Assembly (NCBI GenBank): GCA_043784925.1
Contig: JAYVXU010000025.1
Span: 22,649-86,648, forward strand
Origin: Candidatus Adlerbacteria bacterium
GTDB taxonomy: Bacteria > Patescibacteriota > Minisyncoccia > Phycocordibacterales > SBAW01
Reading direction: 5' to 3'
DNA length: 64,000 nucleotides
Position 1 is the stretch's first letter. Each line of letters begins with the position of its first letter. The translations under genes and the position numbers were made by a program. Below are positions 35,173-44,613 of this stretch, piece after piece. The notes under the pieces are model-generated. The model worked only from the letters and a program-made list of their open reading frames with translations, had not been told where the DNA came from and searched no databases.

Positions 35173-36465
35173 ATGAGTAAAAAAAGTTTACATAACTTAT
35201 TTGTAAGTAGCCTAGGCTTAGGAGCTCTCTTTTTTATTGGTATACTCGTGAGTACCGCCGGTATTCCAAGCACAACAAATGCAGAAAGTGTACCGCATCC
35301 TCCTCCGGTTATCTCCTCAATCTCTTCTTCGCCTAGTGACACGACCGCGATTATCACCTGGACAACGAGTGTGCCCGCAGATTCGCAAGTCGTGTTTGGC
35401 GTTTCCACTTTGAATAGCGTATTTTCTGAATTGCGTACGGCCCCGGTTACCAACCACTCGGTTGTTATTACCGACCTTAAGCCCAACACCCAGTACCACT
35501 TCCAAGTATTATCTCAAAACGCCGCAAGTCCGGACGCAAGTTCTGGCTTAGGTATTTCTGACGATGGAGTCTTCACAACCCAAGCTGCTCATACTACCTC
35601 AGCACCCGAGTCCGATGGTGTACATACCAATGACTCTTCCTCAGGGGCACCTCCAATAGCCAACTTTAATCTACCGGTTATTTCGCAATTATTGTCGACA
35701 ACAACCGACATAAGTGCGACAGTCACCTGGAATACCGACCAGCCAGCCACAGGGCAAATATTTTTTGGCACTTCTAGTTCGTACACGAACACAAGCTCAT
35801 TTACGAACGCATTTCAAAAAGATCACTCGATTGTGGTAAACAATCTCCTTCCTAATACGGAGTACCACTTCAACGTATATTCCGGAACGCAAGTTGGGGT
35901 AGCAAGTTCTAGTGACTATGTGTTCAAAACACAAACCCCTATTTCAAATCCTGTTGTGTCTACCGAGCCGCCTCCACCCGTAGCACCTCCTAATGCTGAA
36001 ATAGCATCCCTCAGGCAGGAGATAGAAGGTATGAAGCATCGGATGAATTTGTTTGAACGTATATTGGCTTGGATATTAGGCTACCCAGTTGATAACTTCG
36101 ACGCTAACCATTCGGCTACTCCACCTGCAACTCCTGCCACAGGACTTCCGCCAGTAAGCACGCCTTCTCCAACTCCACCTGCTACTCCCGCTCCTGAGGC
36201 AACCCCGAACACCGCAACAATTGGCCAAAATGGAGCTACCTATGCTCCTGGTGCATCCGTTGATTTTAGTGGTAAAAATTTTGGCCACGAAGAGTCGGTG
36301 ATCATCACAAAAGGGGGTGCGAGTGTTCGTCAGGTACACGCAGACGGAGGAGGTAACTTTTCGTCCGGATCTATCACGCTTCCGACTGACGCAGGAGCAT
36401 ACCAGTATGTTTTTACGGGTGAGCAGAGCCATATTTCAGCCACCGCTTCAATTACAGTTAAATAG
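35173..36465 (+). CDS. Surface protein with two fibronectin-III / purple-acid-phosphatase-N-like domains, coiled coil and Pro/Thr linker
   Basis: Signal/TM. Two repeats (TAIITWTTSVPADSQVVFGVS...NTQYHFQV ; ISATVTWNTDQPATGQIFFGTS...NTEYHFNV). Then TPPATPATGLPPVSTPSPTPPATPAPEATP linker and a C-terminal domain. Confidence 0.6.
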   Translation: MSKKSLHNLFVSSLGLGALFFIGILVSTAGIPSTTNAESVPHPPPVISSISSSPSDTTAIITWTTSVPADSQVVFGVSTLNSVFSELRTAPVTNHSVVITDLKPNTQYHFQVLSQNAASPDASSGLGISDDGVFTTQAAHTTSAPESDGVHTNDSSSGAPPIANFNLPVISQLLSTTTDISATVTWNTDQPATGQIFFGTSSSYTNTSSFTNAFQKDHSIVVNNLLPNTEYHFNVYSGTQVGVASSSDYVFKTQTPISNPVVSTEPPPPVAPPNAEIASLRQEIEGMKHRMNLFERILAWILGYPVDNFDANHSATPPATPATGLPPVSTPSPTPPATPAPEATPNTATIGQNGATYAPGASVDFSGKNFGHEESVIITKGGASVRQVHADGGGNFSSGSITLPTDAGAYQYVFTGEQSHISATASITVK

Positions 36466-36479
36466 TTACGACATCATAC

Positions 36480-36508
36480 TTGACAATACGCAAGGAAGGA
36501 GGTAGTAT
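36480..36508 (+). promoter_or_regulatory. Sigma70-like promoter TTGACA-17-TAGTAT with about 150-nt structured leader
   Basis: -35 at 36480-36485, -10 at 36503-36508. The leader contains hairpins CCGTCGTGTACGG and GGGTAT-N7-ATACCC upstream of the GT2 gene. Confidence 0.45.
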
Positions 36509-36653
36509 CCTCTCACACGCCGTCGTGTACGGTTGATGAACTTCAGACAAGCTTAATACAAGCTCAAGTATAGTCACTTGAGGTTTGGGTATACTCAAAA
36601 TACCCTGACTATCCTTGTGTCTGGATATATGAAAACACATGAATTATTAACCG

Positions 36654-37799
36654 ATGCACGCAAATCAAAAGAAACCAATTATGCAACCCATTACACTCAG
36701 TTTATTTTTTCCAACCTACAACGAGGAAAAAAATATAGAAGAAACTATTTTGCGCACCATTCAGGTGGTAGAAGATTCGCCATATATATCTGACTATGAG
36801 CTTATTGTGGTTAATGATGGGAGTTCGGATGCCACCAAAATAATTGCCGAAAATTTGGCCCTCGAGCATCCGCATGTCAGAGTCATTAACCACGAAAAGA
36901 ATAGTGGCTATGGTGCTGCCCTTAAAACAGGTATTACAGAAGCTCGTATGGACTATGTCTTTTTTACCGATGCAGACTTACAGTTTGACATCATCGAACT
37001 CCAGAACCTCCTAGTGCATTTGCCTGAATATAAAGTAGTGATAGGGTATCGAGCCCCCCGGCAAGACCCCGCTATGCGCCTTCTCAACGCATGGGTGTGG
37101 AACAAGCTCAACCGAATACTATTTGGCCTCAAAATTCGAGATATTGATTGTGCTTTTAAATTATTTAAACGCGAAAATGTACAAGCCCTCTCGCTTCAGT
37201 CACGGGGTGCAATGATCAGTGCTGAAACACTTATACGCCTTACTCGAGAAGGAGTGGTTATTAAAGAAGTTCCTGTATCTCATTTGCCCCGTAAGGCAGG
37301 TTCTCCAACAGGTGCAAAGTTGTCAGTTATTTTGCGTGCTATGCAAGAGATGGCGGAATTATATCGAGGTGAACTTGGTAGCATAACCCAAAAAGAAGCA
37401 CTCAAATTTATGACTGTTGGAGTACTCAATACTCTTTTGGATGCTGCTTTCTACATATTGCTGACACGAGGAACTGTTCTATTTGCAGACCATTTAGTTG
37501 TGGCAAAATTTCTTTCATTCCTTGCAGGCACTGTTTCGTCACTCCTTATTAATCGTTACTGGACGTTTGGAATGCGCTCACGATTGACATGGAGCGAAGT
37601 TGCACGTTTTTACGCGATGACCTCTGTGTCTATTGCTATAAACGTAGCGCTAATGAACTTCTTTGTGAGTATGGGTATATATGACTTAGTGGCACTCTGC
37701 ATCACCACAGTATTTACATTTATGGCTAACTTCACCCTTTCTAAAATGTGGGTGTTTAAGAAGCGAGAAGCAGAGAAACAACTTATTCATCAAGCATAA
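36654..37799 (+). CDS. GT2 polyprenyl-phosphate glycosyltransferase fused to GtrA-like membrane domain
   Basis: LIVVNDGSSDAT, GYGAALKTG, FFTDADLQFD (DxD region). C-terminal 4-TM GtrA-like module. Possible start at the ATG at 36681. Confidence 0.8.
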   Translation: MHANQKKPIMQPITLSLFFPTYNEEKNIEETILRTIQVVEDSPYISDYELIVVNDGSSDATKIIAENLALEHPHVRVINHEKNSGYGAALKTGITEARMDYVFFTDADLQFDIIELQNLLVHLPEYKVVIGYRAPRQDPAMRLLNAWVWNKLNRILFGLKIRDIDCAFKLFKRENVQALSLQSRGAMISAETLIRLTREGVVIKEVPVSHLPRKAGSPTGAKLSVILRAMQEMAELYRGELGSITQKEALKFMTVGVLNTLLDAAFYILLTRGTVLFADHLVVAKFLSFLAGTVSSLLINRYWTFGMRSRLTWSEVARFYAMTSVSIAINVALMNFFVSMGIYDLVALCITTVFTFMANFTLSKMWVFKKREAEKQLIHQA

Positions 37800-37806
37800 G
37801 CTATAT

Positions 37807-38262
37807 ATGAAAAAAACAACTCTACAACTTACTCTTTTCATCGGAATCATTTTGATGAGTGTGGGAACTCCTGCATTTGCTGCTACAAAAACACACATCA
37901 AAAAGCATACTTCAAACACAGGAACTCAGGTAGTAGTGCCTCCTTCTTCGACTAGTGCTGCGTCTTCATCTGAGGCACAAGGATCTACAGAACTTCAGAG
38001 TACCTCTACCACTACTTCCCATGAGTACGCTGCAGCAGTTCTTGGCGTAACTCTAGGTTCCCCAGATTCTAATCAGCCAGGTGCTCCCGTATATTCGCTT
38101 TCTAATAAGTTGACTCTACTGCAAACACAAGTGTACACGGTCCTTATACTACTCCTTGTGGTGCTTGGTATTTTCCTTATAAGTGAGTTAGACATTGTTG
38201 AAGCTTCTGCTTTACTTCGACAGGTATTTACCGGACCCCAGAGTCGTCGCGCGCTACAATAA
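37807..38262 (+). CDS. Secreted Ser/Thr-rich protein with C-terminal TM, hypothetical
   Basis: 151 aa, signal peptide, S/T-rich tract, C-terminal hydrophobic helix. Confidence 0.45.
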   Translation: MKKTTLQLTLFIGIILMSVGTPAFAATKTHIKKHTSNTGTQVVVPPSSTSAASSSEAQGSTELQSTSTTTSHEYAAAVLGVTLGSPDSNQPGAPVYSLSNKLTLLQTQVYTVLILLLVVLGIFLISELDIVEASALLRQVFTGPQSRRALQ

Positions 38263-38274
38263 ATTATTTCCACT

Positions 38275-39498
38275 ATGATTACTCGACTATTCGGCTCAAT
38301 ACTGCTATGTATCGCACTCATATTGGCGGTTGTTGTTGTATACCGAAATAGTGGAGCGGGGGAAGTGCCTCTTATCTTTTCTCCGGTGCAGTTGCTCAGT
38401 GCTACATGGCTTACGTACACTCAGTCGTATGTAGAGCCTAATACCTATCGAACAATTGATACCCAAAGAGGTGTCACCACTTCGGAAGGTCAGAGTTACA
38501 CGATGCTTCGCTCAGCATGGATGGCTGATAGAAAAACCTTTGACGGGTCTTGGAAATGGACTCAAACAAATATGTATCATACCAACGATCACTTGCTTGC
38601 ATGGTTATGGGGAAAAAAACCAGACGGTACCTACGGAGTCCTTCTTGAACAAAATGGCGAAACAAGTGCAAGTGACGCTGACACTGACCTAGCGTTGTCC
38701 CTGGTGTTTGCGTACGCGCGTTGGCAAGACCCACAGTATTTAGTGGACGCTCGAAATATTATCCAAGACATCTGGGCAAAAGAAGTTATCGAAATTAATG
38801 GTGAGCCTTATTTGACTGCGGATGATCTTGAAAAGAATTCTAAAGGTGAATACGCGATAATTAACCCATCCTACTTGAGCCCGGCCGCATATAAAATATT
38901 TGCCCAAGTTGACCCCGCACACCCCTGGAGTCGGGTAGCTGACACATCGTACAAGCTCCTAGCACAAAGTATTGATTTACCGTTTGATACACCGGGGAGT
39001 GCGCATCTTCCACCTGATTGGATACAAATTGACAAAAAGACTGGGGATATATCAGCAATTGAAAATACTACAAATACCTCTCGTTTTGGTTTCGATGCTT
39101 TGCGTGTGCCGTATCGCGTAGCACTTGACTGGGAGTGGTTTAAGGACGAACGTGCTAAAAGTACACTTCAAAAAATGAATTTCCTGTCCTTGCAGTGGAA
39201 TAAAAACCACACACTCTCTTCAACCTATACCCACGATGGCCAAGTCTTTACTGCGTCTGAGGCTCCAGCTATGTATGGAGGCACAATTGGGTACTTCATC
39301 GTGGCTGGACCAGCGAGTGTTGCCTCAGATGTGTATCATCAAAAATTAGTATTTTTGTATGATCCTGGAGCAAACACCTGGAAAGAACCGCTTTCCTACT
39401 ATGACGATAACTGGGTTTGGTTTGGCATCGCACTGTATAACCACCTTCTGCCTAACCTTGCCGCTTCACTTCCACCTTCTGCCTTTATTCAAAATTAA
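38275..39498 (+). CDS. Glycoside hydrolase family 8 (BcsZ-like endo-beta-1,4-glucanase), membrane-anchored
   Basis: N-terminal TM. TSEGQSYTML matches GH8 EGQSYGM. ASDADTDLA matches the GH8 A(S/T)D(A/G)D.D motif. Confidence 0.7.
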   Translation: MITRLFGSILLCIALILAVVVVYRNSGAGEVPLIFSPVQLLSATWLTYTQSYVEPNTYRTIDTQRGVTTSEGQSYTMLRSAWMADRKTFDGSWKWTQTNMYHTNDHLLAWLWGKKPDGTYGVLLEQNGETSASDADTDLALSLVFAYARWQDPQYLVDARNIIQDIWAKEVIEINGEPYLTADDLEKNSKGEYAIINPSYLSPAAYKIFAQVDPAHPWSRVADTSYKLLAQSIDLPFDTPGSAHLPPDWIQIDKKTGDISAIENTTNTSRFGFDALRVPYRVALDWEWFKDERAKSTLQKMNFLSLQWNKNHTLSSTYTHDGQVFTASEAPAMYGGTIGYFIVAGPASVASDVYHQKLVFLYDPGANTWKEPLSYYDDNWVWFGIALYNHLLPNLAASLPPSAFIQN

Positions 39499-39518
39499 TA
39501 ACTAATATAAGCACTACC

Positions 39519-41090
39519 ATGAGCCCGTACGAAGAAAAAGACTACATACACATGAAAAAGGATTTCCTTAAGACAGATGCTCCAAAAGCATTACTTATTT
39601 TCAATGCATTTTTTGCAGGGTTGTATTTTGTGATGATCACTTTCTTTTTTACGGTGGATAATAAAATCCTTTTTTATCTTCTTGTAGCGGGGGAAGTGTT
39701 TCACCTTTGGCAAGTATTTACTTTCCTTTACACCATTTGGGACACTTCGTACGTGTCTCCAAAAACAACACGTACCAGGCCGGGGGTCGACGTGTTCATT
39801 ACCGTAGCGGGGGAGCCGGTCGAGTTAGTTGAAAAAACAATTACGGCAGCTCAAGCCATGAACTATCCAGATTTTGAAATTCATATTCTCAATGATGGTT
39901 TTGTAGCAAATCGTGATAATTGGCGAGACATTGAGGCTCTTTCCTCGCGCCTTGGGGTGCATTGTATTACCCGCACGATCCCCGGAGGTGCAAAGGCGGG
40001 GAACATTAACAATGCTTTGAAGTTGACTGAGCGTCCTTTGGTTGCTATTTTTGACGCCGACCATGTGCCACATTCTGATTTCTTAACAAAAACAGCTGCA
40101 TACTTTACCGACGCAAAGGTTGGGTTTGTGCAGACCCCACAGTTTTACAAAAACTATGCAGAAAATTATTTAACGCGTAGCTCCTGGGAACAACAAGAGC
40201 TCTTCTTTGGGCCTATATGTAAAGGAAAAAATAGACTCAATAGTGCAACTATGTGCGGCACTAATATGCTTATTTCTCGCACGGCCCTTGAGGTTGTCGG
40301 AGGCATGTATACTGAGTCGATTGCAGAAGATTTTGTGACGGGGCTTATAATGCACTCTCGGGGGTATCGCTCTGTATACCATGGCGAAGTACTTGCAGAA
40401 GGCCTTGCCACTGAGGATCTTCTTTCCTACTCAAAACAACAATTTAGATGGGCACGTGGGGCTTTGGATGTTATCTTTCGCTTTAATCCATTCTTTATGC
40501 GGGGCCTGACGTTTGCGCAAAGAATCCAGTACATTTCTTCAGCAAGTTTCTATCTGTCAGGAATTTTCGTCGTGATAGATGCACTCCTTCCCATCGTCTA
40601 CTTCTTTACGGGTCAGGTTGCGGTCCATTTAAACAGCATGTTGCTTGCGACCATATTCTTGCCATACTTCTTCTTGACTATGTATGTGATCCAACGCTCT
40701 TCAAACTTTACCTTTACCTTTCCGAGCCTCGGATTTTCCATGGGTGGATTTAATATCCATCTTCGCGCCTTGTACTCGGCGGTAACATTCCAAAAAGCAG
40801 CATTTTCTATTACTCAAAAATATAAAGAAGAAGGGAACTTCCTCCCCTTGGTGAAGTGGCATATAGCCTACATTGTGCTTGTGGTTGTTGGAGTTGGGGT
40901 TGCGTTTGTCCGCGAAGGTTTGTCTGCATCGCTTATAAATAACGCTGCGTGGGGATTGCTCAATAGTATTGTCCTCATACCGTTCATTAAGGCCGCACTT
41001 CCTGACCGCGCAGATTCTCCAGCTTTAGCTATGCCCAAACCACACCTGCAGCTTCGAAAGAAAAAAATATATGGCACAACTGAGAACTAA
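39519..41090 (+). CDS. Cellulose-synthase-like GT2 processive glycosyltransferase (no PilZ domain)
   Basis: DAD/DxD motifs (IFDADHVP), QQFRWARG = QxxRW, multiple TM flanking. C-terminus lacks RxxxR/DxSxxG PilZ motifs. Confidence 0.75.
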   Translation: MSPYEEKDYIHMKKDFLKTDAPKALLIFNAFFAGLYFVMITFFFTVDNKILFYLLVAGEVFHLWQVFTFLYTIWDTSYVSPKTTRTRPGVDVFITVAGEPVELVEKTITAAQAMNYPDFEIHILNDGFVANRDNWRDIEALSSRLGVHCITRTIPGGAKAGNINNALKLTERPLVAIFDADHVPHSDFLTKTAAYFTDAKVGFVQTPQFYKNYAENYLTRSSWEQQELFFGPICKGKNRLNSATMCGTNMLISRTALEVVGGMYTESIAEDFVTGLIMHSRGYRSVYHGEVLAEGLATEDLLSYSKQQFRWARGALDVIFRFNPFFMRGLTFAQRIQYISSASFYLSGIFVVIDALLPIVYFFTGQVAVHLNSMLLATIFLPYFFLTMYVIQRSSNFTFTFPSLGFSMGGFNIHLRALYSAVTFQKAAFSITQKYKEEGNFLPLVKWHIAYIVLVVVGVGVAFVREGLSASLINNAAWGLLNSIVLIPFIKAALPDRADSPALAMPKPHLQLRKKKIYGTTEN

Positions 41091-42594
41091 AACAATCGCG
41101 CTACTACTCACTATGATGAGTGTGCCCATACTTCTGTCGTACTTTTTCTTCATGAGTCAAAGTTTACGACTCGATGAGTCGCAAAGTTTGTGGCAAACCA
41201 GTCGAAACGTACTTGATATATTTTCCATTGTAGCAGGTGACGTCCATGTTCCTCTGTTCCACATATTGCTCCATTTTTGGATTCTTCTCTTTGGAGAAAC
41301 AGTGCAAATTGCTCGAGGTATGTCGCTTTTCTTCTTCCTTTTGAGTATCCCCGCGCTGTATGTGCTCGGGAAGTACGCCTATGACCGAACGGTCGGACTT
41401 TTTGCTGCGCTCCTTTTTTCTATTTCTCCATTCATGAATTGGTATGGAAATGAGATACGAATGTACACCTTGTTTACTTTTTGTGTGATTTTAAATCATT
41501 TCTTTTTTCTGCATATTTTTAAAGCAAATCTATCTAAAGTCACACCGCAAAATCGAAAAATCAAAGATAGTATGTGGGTCGGCTATACCCTCACTGCAGT
41601 TGTCGGTGTTTTTTCGCACTACTTCTTCTTCCTTATTTTGGCGTCGCAGCTTGTATTTTATTTTTTGCGTCGAGACTTGTTTTCGTCAGGCACTCTACAG
41701 AGGTTGGGAGTGGCAGCAGCCGTAGTGCTCGGCACCATTGCTCCTTGGGGTTGGTACGTGCTCCATAAAGGCCAGGCAGCTTTTCAAGAACCAACACTTG
41801 GCACACCAACAACGGTTAACTTGTTTAGTTCAGTTGCTCAATTTATGTTTGGTTTCCAAAGTGACAAGATAAACACTTTCTTCCTTTCTCTCTGGCCCGT
41901 GAGTGTGATCTTTGGTCTGTTTGCTTTACGGCGAGGTCAAAAAATGCAGCCAGAGACCGAATATTTTCTGGTGGCCGTTGTGGTACCTTTTTTCCTCGCT
42001 TTCTTTGGAAGTTTTATACTGGCTCCTATCTTTGTGAGCCGCTATTTAATATTTACCGTACCACCATTGTACCTCCTTATCTCAAAGGTCTGTAGTAATT
42101 ATTCTCCACGGATGGCCACGACACTTCGGTATGTGCTTGTTGGGGTCATGATATGTACTTTGCTTATTGAAATCGCAAATTCGCAAGCTCCCGTTAAAGA
42201 GAATTATAAAGATGCTGCGCAATATTTAACAACACACGCAACAGTGCAAGATGTGATTGTGTTGTCGGCCCCTTTTACCATATATCCTATTCAATATTAT
42301 TATCGCGGTGCGGTACCGGTGAAGACATTGCCTGAATGGAATCAGTATGCGTACGGACCTATACCATCGTTTAATGAGTCGACTCTTCCCGCGCAAGCAA
42401 CAGAGGTTGCTGACAAAAGTCAAAATCTGTACCTACTTCTCAGCTATGACCAAGGATACGAAAATAAAATTCGCGTGTATTTCGACACACATTACCAGCG
42501 TACTGACCAAAAGAACTTTTCTAATGGGTTAAATCTGTATGTGTATCGTTTGCGGTATGACACCGGTTTGTCGGCCATAAGTTCCAATAAATAA
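41071..42594 (+). CDS. GT-C fold glycosyltransferase (GT39/PMT_2, ArnT-like)
   Basis: 507 aa, polytopic. Early motif YVLGKYAYDRTVGLFAALLFSISPFMNWYG typical of the PMT_2 family. Overlaps the upstream gene by 20 nt. Confidence 0.6.
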   Translation: MAQLRTKTIALLLTMMSVPILLSYFFFMSQSLRLDESQSLWQTSRNVLDIFSIVAGDVHVPLFHILLHFWILLFGETVQIARGMSLFFFLLSIPALYVLGKYAYDRTVGLFAALLFSISPFMNWYGNEIRMYTLFTFCVILNHFFFLHIFKANLSKVTPQNRKIKDSMWVGYTLTAVVGVFSHYFFFLILASQLVFYFLRRDLFSSGTLQRLGVAAAVVLGTIAPWGWYVLHKGQAAFQEPTLGTPTTVNLFSSVAQFMFGFQSDKINTFFLSLWPVSVIFGLFALRRGQKMQPETEYFLVAVVVPFFLAFFGSFILAPIFVSRYLIFTVPPLYLLISKVCSNYSPRMATTLRYVLVGVMICTLLIEIANSQAPVKENYKDAAQYLTTHATVQDVIVLSAPFTIYPIQYYYRGAVPVKTLPEWNQYAYGPIPSFNESTLPAQATEVADKSQNLYLLLSYDQGYENKIRVYFDTHYQRTDQKNFSNGLNLYVYRLRYDTGLSAISSNK

Positions 42595-42605
42595 AAAAGC
42601 AGGTG

Positions 42606-43364
42606 CTACTCCTCCTGTGTAAGAGTCAAAAGGGAAGCAGCGCTCCATGCTTGCACGCAACATGCTCCTTGACCACATAGGTCAGGGCTTAAGAGTCGTT
42701 TAACAACATGAGGAATGTATTCGGTTTTGAGTATGCAGTCAAGTGAGCCGTCCTGAGCTTTTGTTGTAGCAAAAAAACAATGTCCCATACTTGACCGAGC
42801 GGAGGTAAGTGGACGGCCCGTACCATCGAGTGCAAACGCTAATGATATAGGTCCAGCGCCGTGCAATATAAACGACTGATTGAACCTCTCTTTAAGCGCC
42901 ATTGCTTCCTGTATGAGCTCCTGACCACGCGTAGTATCAGAATGTAGAATAATTAGATACCCCATGCGTGTAAAGCTGCGTACGCGTACCCTCGGGCCTC
43001 TACTGGGGCTATTGGATATTGTGGTCGTTCGTCATAATTTTCAAAAAATACTGATTCTGTTGAATCCATCCAACTTTGCGTGCGAAGTACACCCAAATGT
43101 ACGTTTTGGGTCGTACGCGAGCCCTAAGTTGAGTAATGTCCAATAATTAACTCCATACAGATCTTTCACACGCGCTTCACGAAGTGCGCGAGGGTAGACA
43201 GATTCAAGCCGGGACGAGCTCATAGAGTCGCCAGATGCAAAAAGGGTTACCTCGTGCGCTCGTCGTACTAGCTCTTCTGTAAGTCCATATACAACTCTTT
43301 CAGTACCACCATATTTTTTAGGTGGTACGCGCTCCGCTATGGGAGCGATCTGTGCAGATTTTCA
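42606..43364 (-). pseudogene. Degraded GT4 glycosyltransferase (frameshifts plus internal deletions)
   Basis: Minus-strand translation shows MKI then a +1 shift into APIAERVPPKKYGGTERVVYGLTEELVRRAHEVTLFASGDS (GT4 N-terminal domain), stops, and a C-terminal piece with the GT4 EAMA motif (GQELIQEAMALKE). Total under 760 nt against about 1.1 kb for an intact GT4. Confidence 0.5.
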
Positions 43365-44564
43365 TTACCGCTCTACAATGTCGTAGTCAGATGAATGCTT
43401 TATGAAGACTAAATCGACATAGAGGATGCCGATGGCTATAAGCATCATAACGCTAGGGATCCTCAAATCCGGATGTAGGCCTGCGAACCAAGATACTTGA
43501 GATAAATAGGGCATGTATGCCACTAATGAAGCGCCAACAATAAATACGGGTATAAACCAGCGAGATGGTCTATAGAAGACATATATAACGGAAAAGAGAT
43601 CTGCTAAATAAAAATATCGCTCATGCATGCGAGGAAGTAAGTAAGGGAGTACTGCCACACAGAGGGTGGAAATAAGCACGAGAGTCGGCACATTCATTTC
43701 TTTTTTCAGATATACATATACGGTAATAATCAGAGCACAGAGGATAGCCACAACAAGACCAGCGGCAAATAAAGTTTGCTCAGAAAGGCCAAAAATATCG
43801 GCATGTAGTATCGCAAATATATTTTGAGCCGAGACACTAAGAGATGTGTACTCACTGGACTGGCGAGCGTACACCAGCAAAAGGTCGCCCAGTGACCCGC
43901 CGCCAAGCCGGGCGGGGATTATGGATAGAAAATAAATGCAAGGAATAGCTAGTAAATATCCAGCACTACTTTCTTTTCGCAAACAATAGCCAATGAGCAC
44001 GGGTAAGAAAAATATTGCTTGTAACTTGCAAGAAAGAGCAACAGACAAACTGACCACGGCCGAAAGGGGCATGTCGCGAATAATAAAGTAGAGGCAAAGT
44101 ACTACCCCGGCCGCATATATAGAGTCAGACTGTCCCCAAGTGGCACCGTTAAGCACCAGGGTCGGAATAGAAAACATTACCGCAAATATAAAAAATAATT
44201 TTTCTTTGGGGTAGTTTTCTTTCGTGGTGTATTTAATCAGTCTATAAGTTATGTATGCGATGAGGACGTCAAACAAGACGGACATGGTTTTAGTGCTGTA
44301 GAGGCTGGATACGGGAATAAAGGTGAGGAGTTTGAGAAGATATAAGTAGAGTGGAGCATAATCAGAAAAACGCTGGGTAAATGCAGTAAGTCCTGGGTGC
44401 TCTTGGAGTACGACAAACCACTTGCTTACAAAGTAAATGTAATCCGAGGTCTGAATAGGGTAGGAGATTAACCTAAAAAGTACTGACAGTATAAGTAGTG
44501 CACTTCCACCAAAGTAGCCCGTCCATATGGAAGGGCTACTGCGAGGCGTTGTCCCCAATAGCAT
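43365..44564 (-). CDS. Polytopic membrane protein, GT-C-like (DUF2029/mannosyltransferase-like), hypothetical
   Basis: 399 aa, about 10 TM helices, within a glycosyltransferase cluster. Confidence 0.4.
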   Translation of the reverse strand: MLLGTTPRSSPSIWTGYFGGSALLILSVLFRLISYPIQTSDYIYFVSKWFVVLQEHPGLTAFTQRFSDYAPLYLYLLKLLTFIPVSSLYSTKTMSVLFDVLIAYITYRLIKYTTKENYPKEKLFFIFAVMFSIPTLVLNGATWGQSDSIYAAGVVLCLYFIIRDMPLSAVVSLSVALSCKLQAIFFLPVLIGYCLRKESSAGYLLAIPCIYFLSIIPARLGGGSLGDLLLVYARQSSEYTSLSVSAQNIFAILHADIFGLSEQTLFAAGLVVAILCALIITVYVYLKKEMNVPTLVLISTLCVAVLPYLLPRMHERYFYLADLFSVIYVFYRPSRWFIPVFIVGASLVAYMPYLSQVSWFAGLHPDLRIPSVMMLIAIGILYVDLVFIKHSSDYDIVER

Positions 44565-44613
44565 GTCTCTACTGTAACATCTATTCTAGAACTTTCAAGT
44601 GACAGGACCGGTA

